Assembly: GCF_902459465.1 (NCBI RefSeq)
Contig: NC_047083.1
Span: forward strand, 8,928,001 to 8,992,000
Source: Asterias rubens
Taxonomy: Eukaryota
DNA: 64,000 nt
Direction: 5' to 3'
Positions 25,296-36,800 of the stretch are shown piece by piece. The notes below the pieces were generated by a model. It searched no databases, was not told where the DNA came from, and was given only the letters and a program-made list of their open reading frames with translations. Positions within the stretch are counted from its first letter, which is position 1. Every line of letters begins with the position of its first letter. The position numbers and the translations under genes are program-made.

Positions 25296-28200
25296 TTAAA
25301 ACTCATCATCATCTCCAATTTCAAGGTACTCATCGTACGACTCCCGATTGCAGTTACCCTCCGGCGAGAAGACATATTTGTGGAACGTTCCGTCTACGCA
25401 GACGGCAATAACAGACGTCTGTGGTCCAAAGGCGCATGCACAAGCACACTCCGCTGGAACAGTGAAATTAGCTAAACCCCACTGGGATTCAACATACTGG
25501 CCAAGAAAACCCATCTTGGAGAACCTTTAAAGAAAAGCAAGAGTAATATTAAACTAGAAACAGTGTCAGTGAAATTAGCAAAAATCGTGGGATTTATGAC
25601 ACAGTGAAATTAGCTAAACCCCACTGGGATTCAACATACTGGCCAAGAAATCCCTGGCTTGGAGAACCTTTAAAGAAAAGCAAGAGTAATAACTAGAAAC
25701 AGTGAAATTAGCAAAAATCTTTGGATTTAACAAACTGGCCAAGAAAACCTATATTGGAGAACAGAAAGAGTATGACACAGTGAAATTAGCTACACCCCAC
25801 TGGGATTCAACATACTGGCCATCTTTGAGAAACTTTTAAAGAAAGGCATGAGTAATAACTAGATACAGTGAAATTAATAGCTAAACCCCACAGGGATTTG
25901 ACATATTATTGGCCTAGGGGTCGATTTCACAAAGAACTTCTGCAAGATAGTAAAACTTTAGGCTAGTCCTATATCATATGTAAGTTAAGACTCAAGAGTA
26001 TCTTGTCCAAACATGAGAAGAGAGTAGTCCTAGTTCTTTGTGAAACCCAACACAGGAGTCCCATCTTGGAGAACCTTTAAAGAAAAGCAAGAGTAATAAC
26101 TAGAAATGTGTGTGTTTGGAAGTGTTTTTTTTATCCTTACCAAATCCTGTAAAATTCCTTTAAATATAGGGTGCATTCGATTAGCTTTCCCGGGTCGACC
26201 CCGGTCTGCCACTGGTATGTTTGAATAGCTTTGACGTCATTCCAGGGGCTCACCCGGGTCAGCCCCAAGTGCCCTGCTTGTGGAATGGGTCAATTGCGGC
26301 TGGCCCGAGGTGCATGACGTCACCACAAGAGGGAGAGTGATCATTCGATTAGCTCTTGTCAGGGGCTCACCAGAATGAGCAGTGCGGGTCAACACATTGA
26401 AGCAAATCAAACGCACCTAATGATTCTAGAAAGGAATAGAAGGATACGTACGTTGATCGTCGGTTTAATGAAGTTTCTTTCAAGGCAAATATGTGGACTG
26501 TTCCTTTGTCGCTCGAGGCACACAGGTACGCGGAGTCATTACTGAAGTTAATACTGTAGGAGCAGAAATAATACAAAAATAAAAAATAAGCCTGAATGAA
26601 TCCAAGGGCCGTTCTTACACCAATAGCTTGGGCCCTGTCTCTGGCTTTGAGGTTGCTGTACTCTTTGAAAAACACTAGACTGCAAGACTTGTTTGGCTTT
26701 GAGGTTTTCTGGCACCTTGCTACAATTACTTGACTCTGTGGTCAAGTGGTCCAGTGAAATGATTATCTTACCAGTACAATGTTGCTGGATCGGCACCTCT
26801 CCTGAGCTCGATTAGCAACTTCCGGCTGAGAGTGTCAAACACACGAATCAGAGTTCCCTAGGAAAATACAGAGGTTCATTGGTGAGATTTATTACTATAA
26901 AAAGGTCTAAAACGGTGATTGAATTTTAGGAGTATGTCAAAACATAGTTGCAATGAAGCATTCCCGCCTTTTGTAGATTTCAAGGCCGAGCTTGGGGTGT
27001 GAGTTTGAATCCTGGTCATGACATTTCTGTCCTTGAGCAAGCCGGTTCACTATACCAGTATTTGCTTCTCTTCACCCAGGGGTATAAACTTGTACCTGCG
27101 AGAGTAGAGGTTGATAATGGTTTGAAAAAGCCTTTGGAGCGCCACGGCAGCCCAGGGCTATGTACTCCCTTGGGAGCTGAGAAAGATTCAATACAGGTAT
27201 GCTACATGTATTCTGATACAACCTGAGAAGAGGCAGGCAAGGGATCACCTTTGTGGAAGGAACTACCCAGTCAGTTTTCCTTGTGGGATGTTATCTGGTT
27301 TTGAGAAAGAGGTAATTTCTCACCCAAATAATAAAATACTTCAGTCCTGAAGCTTTTATTATGCATCCGAAAGCACATAAATTTGTGTTTTTCTTTAATT
27401 ATATTCTCTTGCAACTTCGATGAGTAACTGAGTCAAAAATTTTCACAGATATGTTATTTTATGCATAGGATACACCAAGTGAGAATACTGGTCTTTGACA
27501 ATTACTGGTCCGGTGACTTTATAATTACCTTGATTGAGGCTGTAGCAACCAGTGTTCCTTCCTGGTTGACTGCAAGGCAAGCAATGTCTGTCTGATGTGC
27601 GTTGATGGTTACCGGTGAACTGGAAGTGGCTGGTTCCGTATTGGTTAGATCAGCGAGCTGTATGCTGCCTTGTTTGTGACCGGGAAAGATCAGGAGTTGA
27701 TTGTCGTTGCCTGGACTTACCTCACAGAGGCCTAGAGGGGGAAAATATATATATATTTAAAGGCACATAGACACAATTGGTAATTTACTCAAAATAATTG
27801 TTAGCATCAGCATTAAAGGGAAGGTACACGTTTGCTAATTACTCAAAATATTATTACTTTAAAAACTGACTTGGTAACGAGCATTGGAGAGCTGTTGATA
27901 TTTCTCACTAAAATAAAAAAAGAGTTCTAGCTAGAAGTCTGTTATTCTTATCTGAAATTACACAAATTCGTCCAACAAGGGTGTTTTTTCTTTCATCATT
28001 TTCTCACAACTTTGATGACCGATTAAGCCCAAATTTTCACAGGCTTGTTATTTTATGGTTATGATGGGATACACCAAGTGAGAAGACTGGTCTTTGACAT
28101 TTACTAAACGTGTACCTTCCCTTTAAACTTACTTGGTATCAAGCAGCCCGGTACTGCATCCTCCAAACTCAGGCTAGGTTTGTGAACAAGTTGTTAATGG

Positions 28201-31038
28201 TCTGTCGTGGTGGGATAGTCGAGTCGTGGTGGTGTCATAATGATTCAGGTTTCCTCGATCAAAACCACTGCTCTCGCAAGATCACTGCTCTTGCGCGAAG
28301 CTGCTGGCTGCAGACTACTACTTCCCCATAGACTGCACAGTGCAAGAGCAATAGTCTCGCGGGGGCCAGCAGTCTCGCGAGAATATCACCAGTGTCGCAG
28401 AAATCATGGAGAGAGTCGGCACACTATCACTGTGACAGAAATTCAACGACTTGTCCACAAGTCTAAGGGATGAGCTTTTGGAAGAGTTGGGTGCTTGGTG
28501 TCTCATGATATTTTATAGGAATTAGAAATAAATGAAACTTACATCTTAGGTTCGGTCTGGTGTCAAACGTTAACAGCTTTTGAGGGTTCTGTGGGAAGCT
28601 ATAGACAAATATTCTGGTTCTGAGGACAACGACAATTCTGCAAAAAACAAAATTAGAAACTCTAATACAAATATTCTAAAATAATGTTTTTCAAGCATTA
28701 TAACAACACAGAAAACAGAAACCATATTATTATAGTTATTGTGTACACTTTAAATCATTGGTTTAACCCCAACACCAACGTGTGTAAGCACTGTATACTC
28801 TGGTCACTGTTCGTAAATTTTTTCCCGTGTGGGATTCAAACCCAGGACCATTGCCATCTAAATCTTACCGCTGAGTTCAGCACATACGATCACCATTCTG
28901 CAAGCACCACATGTTTGCCTTAGCTGTGTAAGCGAAGAATGCCCAATAACAAAGAGTTTGCAAACGTACAAGCCATATATCTCTGCTAAACGTGAAACAC
29001 GCTTGGCATAAGCGCAGAATTCCCTGCTTTCGCAAGAGCCGATTCTTTGCTTATGGTAAGGAGAGCCACGAAATTGGGCCCTGATGTCTTACCAACCAGA
29101 CCAACGACACTGCCTGGTAGCTAGAGCCAGTTCGAATTGAAACACTTACTTGTCCCTTCGTAGTCGGACTGCCAGTACGACCGACGGAAATGTTAACTCC
29201 AGAACAAATTTCTTCTTAGTGTCGTCCCAAATAAGGACAGTGTTTTCGGCAAACTTTGGCATGCTACCGCCACCTTCAAAGAAAACAATTAAGTACAATA
29301 TGAAAATGAGAAATAAAATGACTCGTATTTCTGAGCTAAAAATTTAAGAATTAAAGAAGCAAGGAATGAACAATGAAAAAGGATACGAAGGGGAGGGGGT
29401 AGAGTGAAGGGGGATGGTTTACCCACAAGAGGTTTGAAACACAAAAGACAAAAGCAAAGGTGGGAGGGCGAGAAAAGGTTTTTAGTGAATGAGAGAGGCT
29501 AAAGGAACGTTACAGAATTGGTAAGAAAAAACAATCATGAAAATCACAGATTTACATAAAACTTACACAGTCTAATGATGATGATAGGAGAAAACATTCC
29601 TTGAAATATTTCTGTCTGAAATTTCATATTTGATGAGAAATAAATAATCTAATTTCGCGTTTGGAGCTTATCGCTCAGTGAGCGTTTAATTCATTTTGGT
29701 TTGGCATCGATGCAATGCAAAATTTGTAATCGTTTTTTTTCACTTTTCTCTCACGACCCAGCTGGCCAATTAGTCTCAAAATTCTACAGGTTTGAAGTGC
29801 TTACACTGCCAGCAACTTTTTTGCTAGCAAAACCAATTCGTTAATGTTCCTTTAAGTGGGGACCTAGAAGAAATAGAGGAATTATTTTTACCTACAATGG
29901 CGATGAGATTTGTTCTGTACAGCATCTCTACCTGAGACACGCTTCCAATTTCATCTTTATCTGAAAAAAAAAATTTTTTTAGGTGAATGAAGACAATAGG
30001 AGACTTTCTGTGACGATAGGTGGCAGCAGACTTACCGGTTAAATCCATTGTTCTCAGAATTATGCGCAGACTCAGAACTACGTAAACAATGGAAATTTAC
30101 CCGGTAAGTCTGCTGCCACCTAACGTTGGAAAGTCTCCCATTTAACAGAAGTGGGATTTGAACCAGCAACCTCTGCATATATATGCCTGTGGTCTACCAA
30201 CAGAGCTATCTAGCCATATAGCGGTGGGTTCTTTGTTTTGGTTAAAAGTCCATGAACAGGGAATCAAACGTTTCACTGGACCCCCAGTTAAAACAGCATC
30301 GGGCCAGTAAACTCTTGATTGGACAACTCCAGCTGTCATAGGTTTGTTCAAGCTGACTTTCAGTATGATAAATCTCTTCAAATTCTGTTGAGAGTGTTGG
30401 TACTTACCTAATCTGAATTTCTCAGCTAAAGGTTCGGTGTTATAAATCCGTAGTCCTCCCTCCATTCCACATGAAAAACAACCTATGAAAAACAAGAAGT
30501 TTTAAAAAGAAGTTGACCAGGATTGGCGATGTTTTTCAAAACAAACAAATGACACAAATGTCAGAAAGAAGGGCATTGTTGAATTTCCAGTATTAAGGCC
30601 CGGTCCCATTGCAGCGATAACGACGCAAAGAGAATGCATTCCATTGGTTGAATGAGCGTGTGCGTATTCTGCGTGGAGCAAGTGCACCAATGGAATGCGT
30701 TCTCTTTGCGTCGTTATCGTTCTCGTTATCGCTGCAGTGGGACCAGGCCTTTAACCAGTCCCTCTTGATCCATTTGATTGAAGTGATCTGTACGAAACCC
30801 TGGCTTAATATCACAACCGGTGACTTTAGAGTTCATCTCTGAGGAGATGAGAAAATGTCTAACTAGACTGCTTCACAGAATCAGGCTGCTTCCAAGTGTA
30901 ACTAGCAGTAGTAGGATTCTGAATACTCCAAGGGTCAGTAAGATCATGCTCGCCTTAAAAAAAAAAGACTGAGAACTCTTTTCCTAGCTTACCATGATCT
31001 TGGTTGAAGTGAAGGCTCAGGATTCTATGAGTTGCCAT
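25296..31038 (-). CDS. WDR45: WD repeat domain phosphoinositide-interacting protein 4 (WIPI4), 342 aa, 9 coding exons
   Basis: Exons 30993-31038, 30408-30482, 29892-29960, 29150-29273, 28543-28637, 27529-27731, 26772-26857, 26452-26553 and 25296-25524 are phase-consistent. LRRG PROPPIN motif ([13 protein letters not shown]); the C-terminus [29 protein letters not shown] is WDR45-type, not WDR45B-type. Confidence 0.95.
25480..26105 (-). repeat. tandem copies of the WDR45 last-intron end, acceptor and last-exon start
   Basis: GAGAACCTTTAAAGAAAAGCAAGAGTAATA at ~25520 (true acceptor), ~25663 and ~26070, degenerate at ~25828; GAAATTAGCTAAACCCCACTGGGATTCAACATACTGGCC-like sequence repeated four times. 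Confidence 0.85.
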
Positions 31039-31158
31039 TTTATGCTGACTGATATGACCATTGGGAGGTTACATTAGGACGAAACAAAAGTGATGATCCG
31101 ACAAATTTTCCTGAAGATAGAAAACATATGAACTATTAATTTTATTAACATCAAATTC

Positions 31159-31630
31159 CGGTCCTACTACTTGCCGTCAACTCGCCGACTTGCCGTCAAC
31201 TCGCCGTCAACTCATTTTCGTGCCGTCAACTCATTAAATTTACATGAAAAATTTATAAATGGGACACGGAAGTGTTAAGTCTGGGCTAAACTACATATTT
31301 CTCATGGTTTTCGGTAAAAATTCATTCACAAAAACGACTTTGTGTTGATAAAAAAAAGTACCAATCATTGACATCTTGGGCCAAGACTAATCAATGTGAA
31401 AAAGCAAGATGGCGGCCGACGGTTTTGCTGTTTCGAGATAATTTTTTTCACGAGAAAAAAACTCAATTTTTATTGCGAAATATGACCTAAAACTTTCGCG
31501 AATTCTCTTTGAGCTGATACTTTACAGTTCTATGTTTCTTTTGTGGATTTTAAATGTATATTGGAGGAGTTGACGGCGAGTTGACGGCGCAAGTGAGTTG
31601 ACGGCGAGTTGACGGCAAGTAGTAGGACCC
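31159..31630. mobile_element. TIR element with 8-bp TSD and sub-terminal TTGCCGTCAACTC repeats, in the WDR45/PTDSS2 divergent region
   Basis: TCAAATTC|CGGTCCTACTACTTGCCGTCAAC...GTTGACGGCAAGTAGTAGGACCC|TCAAATTC. Confidence 0.8.
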
Positions 31631-31681
31631 TCAAATTCTGATAGATAAAGATAGCCACACATAAATACAATAAATACTGTC

Positions 31682-31887
31682 ACAATAGACCGATCCAGTA
31701 GGCTCCGCCCACGACGCATGTGCGAGCAAGAACATGTGGCAGTGTTGGGGCTCTCCAATGCTTTTCTGCACAACTCTGCCGTGCGCGCCAAGATATGTGT
31801 GCATGTTGGACCTTATTTGTCGGACCTTCGTCGCGTTGTGATTGGTCAATACGCAATGGGGCGGAGCTTAGTGGATCGGTCTATTGT
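31682..31887. repeat. short inverted-repeat element carrying GC boxes
   Basis: ACAATAGACCGATCCAGTAGGCTCCGCCC versus GGGCGGAGCTTAGTGGATCGGTCTATTGT. Confidence 0.7.
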
Positions 31888-32101
31888 CGGGCATTGAAGT
31901 TACATCTTGCCCTTGAAGGGACACTTCTATGAGGAAAATGTGATGCAAAGGGCACCACAGCACTTTCCTATAATATATAGTTCCAGGAGTAGGTGCCTAC
32001 CCGTAACCCCCCCAAAGTTAATTTTCTCTCAACGACACAAAAAGTGGATTCCAAAAAGTGAAAATTATTGAACCATTGGCATTGTTTTATTATAAATAAA
32101 A

Positions 32102-32235
32102 GGATAACTTTCCGTATGGCGCCACCACTTTTTCACTCATTTTTACAAAAAGGGATATCTCATTGAGGTAAATTAGATACTATATATTATTTCATATCGA
32201 ATGAAAAAGTGGTGGCGCCATACGGAAACTTTTCC
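32102..32235. mobile_element. short palindromic MITE; copies at 52775-52904, a tandem pair at ~54680-54990 and a diverged copy at ~43560-43680
   Basis: TTCCGTATGGCGCCACCACTTTTTCA..TGAAAAAGTGGTGGCGCCATACGGAA. Confidence 0.75.
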
Positions 32236-33146
32236 GTTTTATTTTTAATTTAAAATCCCAAACCCAACCCCAAAATAACATGCCAATTCTTGTCCCCCAA
32301 AACACAAGTTTCAAGAAGACATTCATCCTCACTGACTGAACAGCTATCTAGATAATTATCTGTAATAAATTTACTTATTTTACCTTCAAACAACTTGCAT
32401 ACTTGATGTTTTTGTCAGCAGAAATAGCGCAGTTGAAAAGTGTCAATAAATAAACACATCGTGTGAGGTCAAAGGTTGCCTGTACTTTTTATTGTTTTGA
32501 CGGGTCGTATCTGGGATCTTTGACTTTTTCCAAGAGGGGTTCTTAATTTTAGTTAAACTTTACCAGTCCTCTGTGGTAAATTTTATACGAGATATTGTAT
32601 ACTAATCAAGGCGCGCGTGTGTCTTTATGAAGAAAGACTTAATTAAGTTTACTTTTGAGTTGCACACGCTGGAACTGTAGGGCGCCCCCATGTCACATTT
32701 TGTGCAGCAGAAATTTTGAGATTGGCCGCTATTTTTGATGAAGAACATCTCTTACAATCTTAGATTTGAACTTTTAAGAAGTAAATGCTCAAACGAACAG
32801 TGGGTAGGTAGGTTCATTTGCTGTCCTCCCAATTTGCAGCATTTTATTCATTGTCTCTGTTGCGTAGGCATTGCTTGCCGAAAATTTGAATTGAGGTTGT
32901 TGTTGGATCTCTCATCATCATGATCATGGATGGAGGCAAAATCAGACCCGCCCCCCAAAAAAACAATGTCATAATATTATGAACATCTTCATTCTTTATT
33001 TAATAAATAATAGTATAATATATTGTACGATATACAATGTTGTTACTTCTGAATCTGAACACTCATCGTCCACTCACAAAAACTCAAATCAAACTTCAAA
33101 GTCAAGAAAGACGCAAGATTTCATTTGAATTTTGAATTTGATTTAA

Positions 33147-33527
33147 AGGAACACGTTGCCTTGGATCGGATGAGTTGGTCTATACAAAGCGTTTGCAACC
33201 ATTCGTTATGAAATGCATATGATTAGAAAGATATTTTAAAAGTAGAATATAATTTATAATGATCGACACAAGTATCACTCAATATTGCATGGTTTTCCTT
33301 TTATTTTTTTACGTCGCGAACTAACACGGTCAGCCATTACTCCCATAAATGGCCAACCGTGTTAATCGACGAGGTAAAAAGAAAACCACGCAATTTCGAG
33401 GCATATTTGTGTAGTTCATTGTATTCTACTTTTACAACATCTTTCTAACCATGTATGCATTTTATAACAAACGGTTACAGAACGTTTTTCAAAGACCAAC
33501 TCGACCGATCCAAGGCAACGTGTTCCT
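33147..33527. mobile_element. Kolobok-type MITE family A, second copy
   Basis: TTAA TSD at 33143-33146 and 33528-33531; same TIRs as 5102-5457. Confidence 0.8.
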
Positions 33528-33818
33528 TTAACAGGACCAACAAGAACGGTGACTGATACTAGATAGATAATTTCGGTAAATGTTGAAACCTTTTGGTGTG
33601 TGGCCAAACTATCATTCAGAAACTAGTGTAATCATTCTTATTTCATATTGGCCTAAAAATACTAAAGCGCAAATAGAAACTTTTGTTCACACACAGTTAT
33701 TGTAATTTCAGCTCTTTACAAACCGTCAACGAAAAAAGCATTTCCATGGTAACAAGTTTGCATGACAACCAAGAACTGACTGAAGTTGTGTACACTGGTC
33801 TCGTTTGTGGAGAACAAG

Positions 33819-36800
33819 ATGACGACTAGGACTTCCAGGAGCCAGAGTACCAGTGAAAGGAACCAACCATTACAGACAGGGTTTGCGTCTTTCCTGACGA
33901 ATGTGGAAGATGACGGTACTGTAACGTATTTTTGGTGAGATCATCCAAATAGACTTTTATCCTGTCCGCTATTTTTTGAGTCAGATTTTTATTGCGCAGA
34001 AGAAGGAATTTACTCCCAAAATGGTAGAAATGCAGGCGTGGAACTGCAAGTAAGCCATGGTCTTCGTTGCCTCCGGTCTTGGCCTTGGTGCTCTTCAAAG
34101 TTCCTCATAGACTACGATTTTCCAATGATGCCTTTCAGTGCAAAATTTCCTTGCCCTTTCAAAATGTTCAAAGATGAAATTTCTGGCCAGATGCACCCCT
34201 AGGATGTGTGTTCGCATTGTGCAAAGGGTCAAATCTATTTTCTATGAATGAGATTTTATCAAGGATGGGGATCTAGACAGCCTGGGATTGATTTCACAAA
34301 GAACGTCGTAATTTAGGACTAATCCTAGGAGTTATTAAAAACATGAGGCTAGTGCTAAGTTAGGACAAGTAAACTGTACTATCTCAAGATAAAACTAGTC
34401 TTTATAACCCCTTTGTGAAATCCACCTCTGAGTGATAGGAGGGAGCTGGACCCAATTTCATAAAGCTGTTAAGCAGACAAAACTGCTTAGCAAATTCTTT
34501 TTACTGAGCCAAATTTTTACACCTGTTATTTTTGTTTCCGATTGAAGGCGTGCCCACTCCATCACAGCTCTAATCTGCCTTATTGCATCCCTCCTGTATG
34601 TTTCCATTGTTGAAGATCAAACGAAGGATGTGGAATGGAATGTTAAAAGGTAAGAATTATACTTGAAGGCAGTTCCTTACTACAAGGAACCTTTAGGCCT
34701 GCATACTTCACAGAGGCAGCAAATGCGATTGCCTCCATGCCCTGGCCTTGGTGCCCTTGAAAAGCTCCAGTAGAAGTTTACATTTTCCTATAGGGTGCCC
34801 TTAACAATAGAGAAAATGCCTTGTTTTCAAAAACAAAGCAGGCCTATGTGTTTATATTAGTCATTTAACCTCAATCTTTTATTTAGACTTCACCCAGTCC
34901 TTCCTAAACCTTACTTCAAAGTCACCAATGGTTGATCCTATAATATTTCAAGTGAGATTAAGTTAAAATGTTCGGACTGTACCACTTCTTGATTACAGGG
35001 GTATTGTTGCGTGCATCTTGGTATTCTGCGTCTTTGGTATGACTCAGGTACGAGATGGCCCCTTCCGGCGCCCTCATCCAGCTCTCTGGAGACTTGTCGT
35101 TTGTATGAGTGTTGTCTACGAACTGTGTCTGGTCTTCTTGCTCTTCCAGGTACGGTTGTAGTCAGTTTTGTAGCCTCTATGGGCAGTGCTGGGCGAGCCT
35201 GCCCGGACTCACACTTTTTTGCCCAGCACTCTGAGCAAAATACATTGTGCCGCCCAGCACAGATTTAAAAAAAGATTTGCCCAATGTGTATTGATCAGAG
35301 ACACAGCTAATGATAAGAAGGCACAGAGAAAGAACACAGTCAAAAGGCCATTCAACTATTGCATGGCCCTATACACAAACAGTCTAGAAACCTGGGCCCA
35401 CATTTTTAAATTACAGTTCTGCAATTGCCTAACTTTTGTTTGTATTATCCCCCCCCCCCCTCCACCTTCACTTTAGACGGCTGATGATGCTCGTAAACTC
35501 ATTGGTTACCTGGACCCAGCATTGGGGAAACCCCTACCTGAGCAGTCCTACGCAGAGAACTGCAAGATTTATGATCCCGAAGGCCACCCAGATAACCCAT
35601 GGGTTAACTTATTGGTAAGTTATCCACCTTTGTCATGTACCCTGTGTGTTGAATACAGTTGATTAGTTATTCTCGCGGTACAGAAAGGGACCAGACTATT
35701 GTACACTCCCAGCCTCAGTTTGGGTACCTTGATTTGAATGGGAGATAAACAAAACTGGCCACCTCGGTACCCTGCACATTTGTGGTTTTCAAAACCAAAG
35801 CTTTGATACAAATTTCTACTGCAAATTTCAAAGGGCGACAAGGTAAAATCCAGGGGCATGGAGGCAATTGCCCTTTTTGCCCCTTTTGCTGTATGATGGA
35901 AACATAGAATTCTACTGGAATAATTAAAAGGGCTCCAAGGCAATGACCTGGTGCATTGAGGCAATTGAACTGAACTTTTTTAATTGCAAATTAGTTTGAT
36001 GCCTCGCCTTCCATTTTCCCTTATTTCAATGACAAGATACTTTCTGATATCATTTCATACCAGGACAAAATTGATGTTTTTGTCATCGGGCACCTTCTAG
36101 GATGGTACTTCAAGGTAAGTTTTGTCAACCAACTTTTGGGGTCTAAGTTTGAGCATTTGGTCGTGGAGGTTCCCTTTTACTCTGGCTCCGCTTACTTTGA
36201 GCTTATATGAATATTCATGATTACCATATCAGATGTTAATGATACGACATTGTAAATTGTCCAAATCATCGGTGTTAAGCGTGACTAAATGGAGGTTCCC
36301 TTTTGTTCTGGCCCTACCTACTTTGAGTTTATGAATATTCACGTTTATTCATCAGATGTTAATGATAAGAAATTGTAAGTTCCAATCATCGGTGTTAAGC
36401 ATGACTAAATGGAGGTTCCCTTTTTGTTCTGGCCCTACCTACTTTGAGTTTATGAACATTCATGATTATTCATCAGATGCTAATGATAAGAGATTACTGG
36501 GTGTGCTGGGTCATCAGTATTATGTTTGAGGTGCTGGAGTACTCTCTGGAGCATCAACTGCCGAACTTTGCTGAATGCTGGTGGGATCATGTGAGTAAGA
36601 ATTGAAAGTTTACCTTGCCTGATACCTATCCTCTTCTTGCCACCTGGCACAAGCCTCCACGCTCTTTTTCCATTTCCCTAATACCCCAGTAACACACAGA
36701 CGCCGCTACTATATGATGGAAAAGTGGCCGAAAGCGTGGCCAATCCAATTGTTGTGGGCCAAACATGGGAGGATTTCAATGAGCAGGGTTTGGTCGGGAG

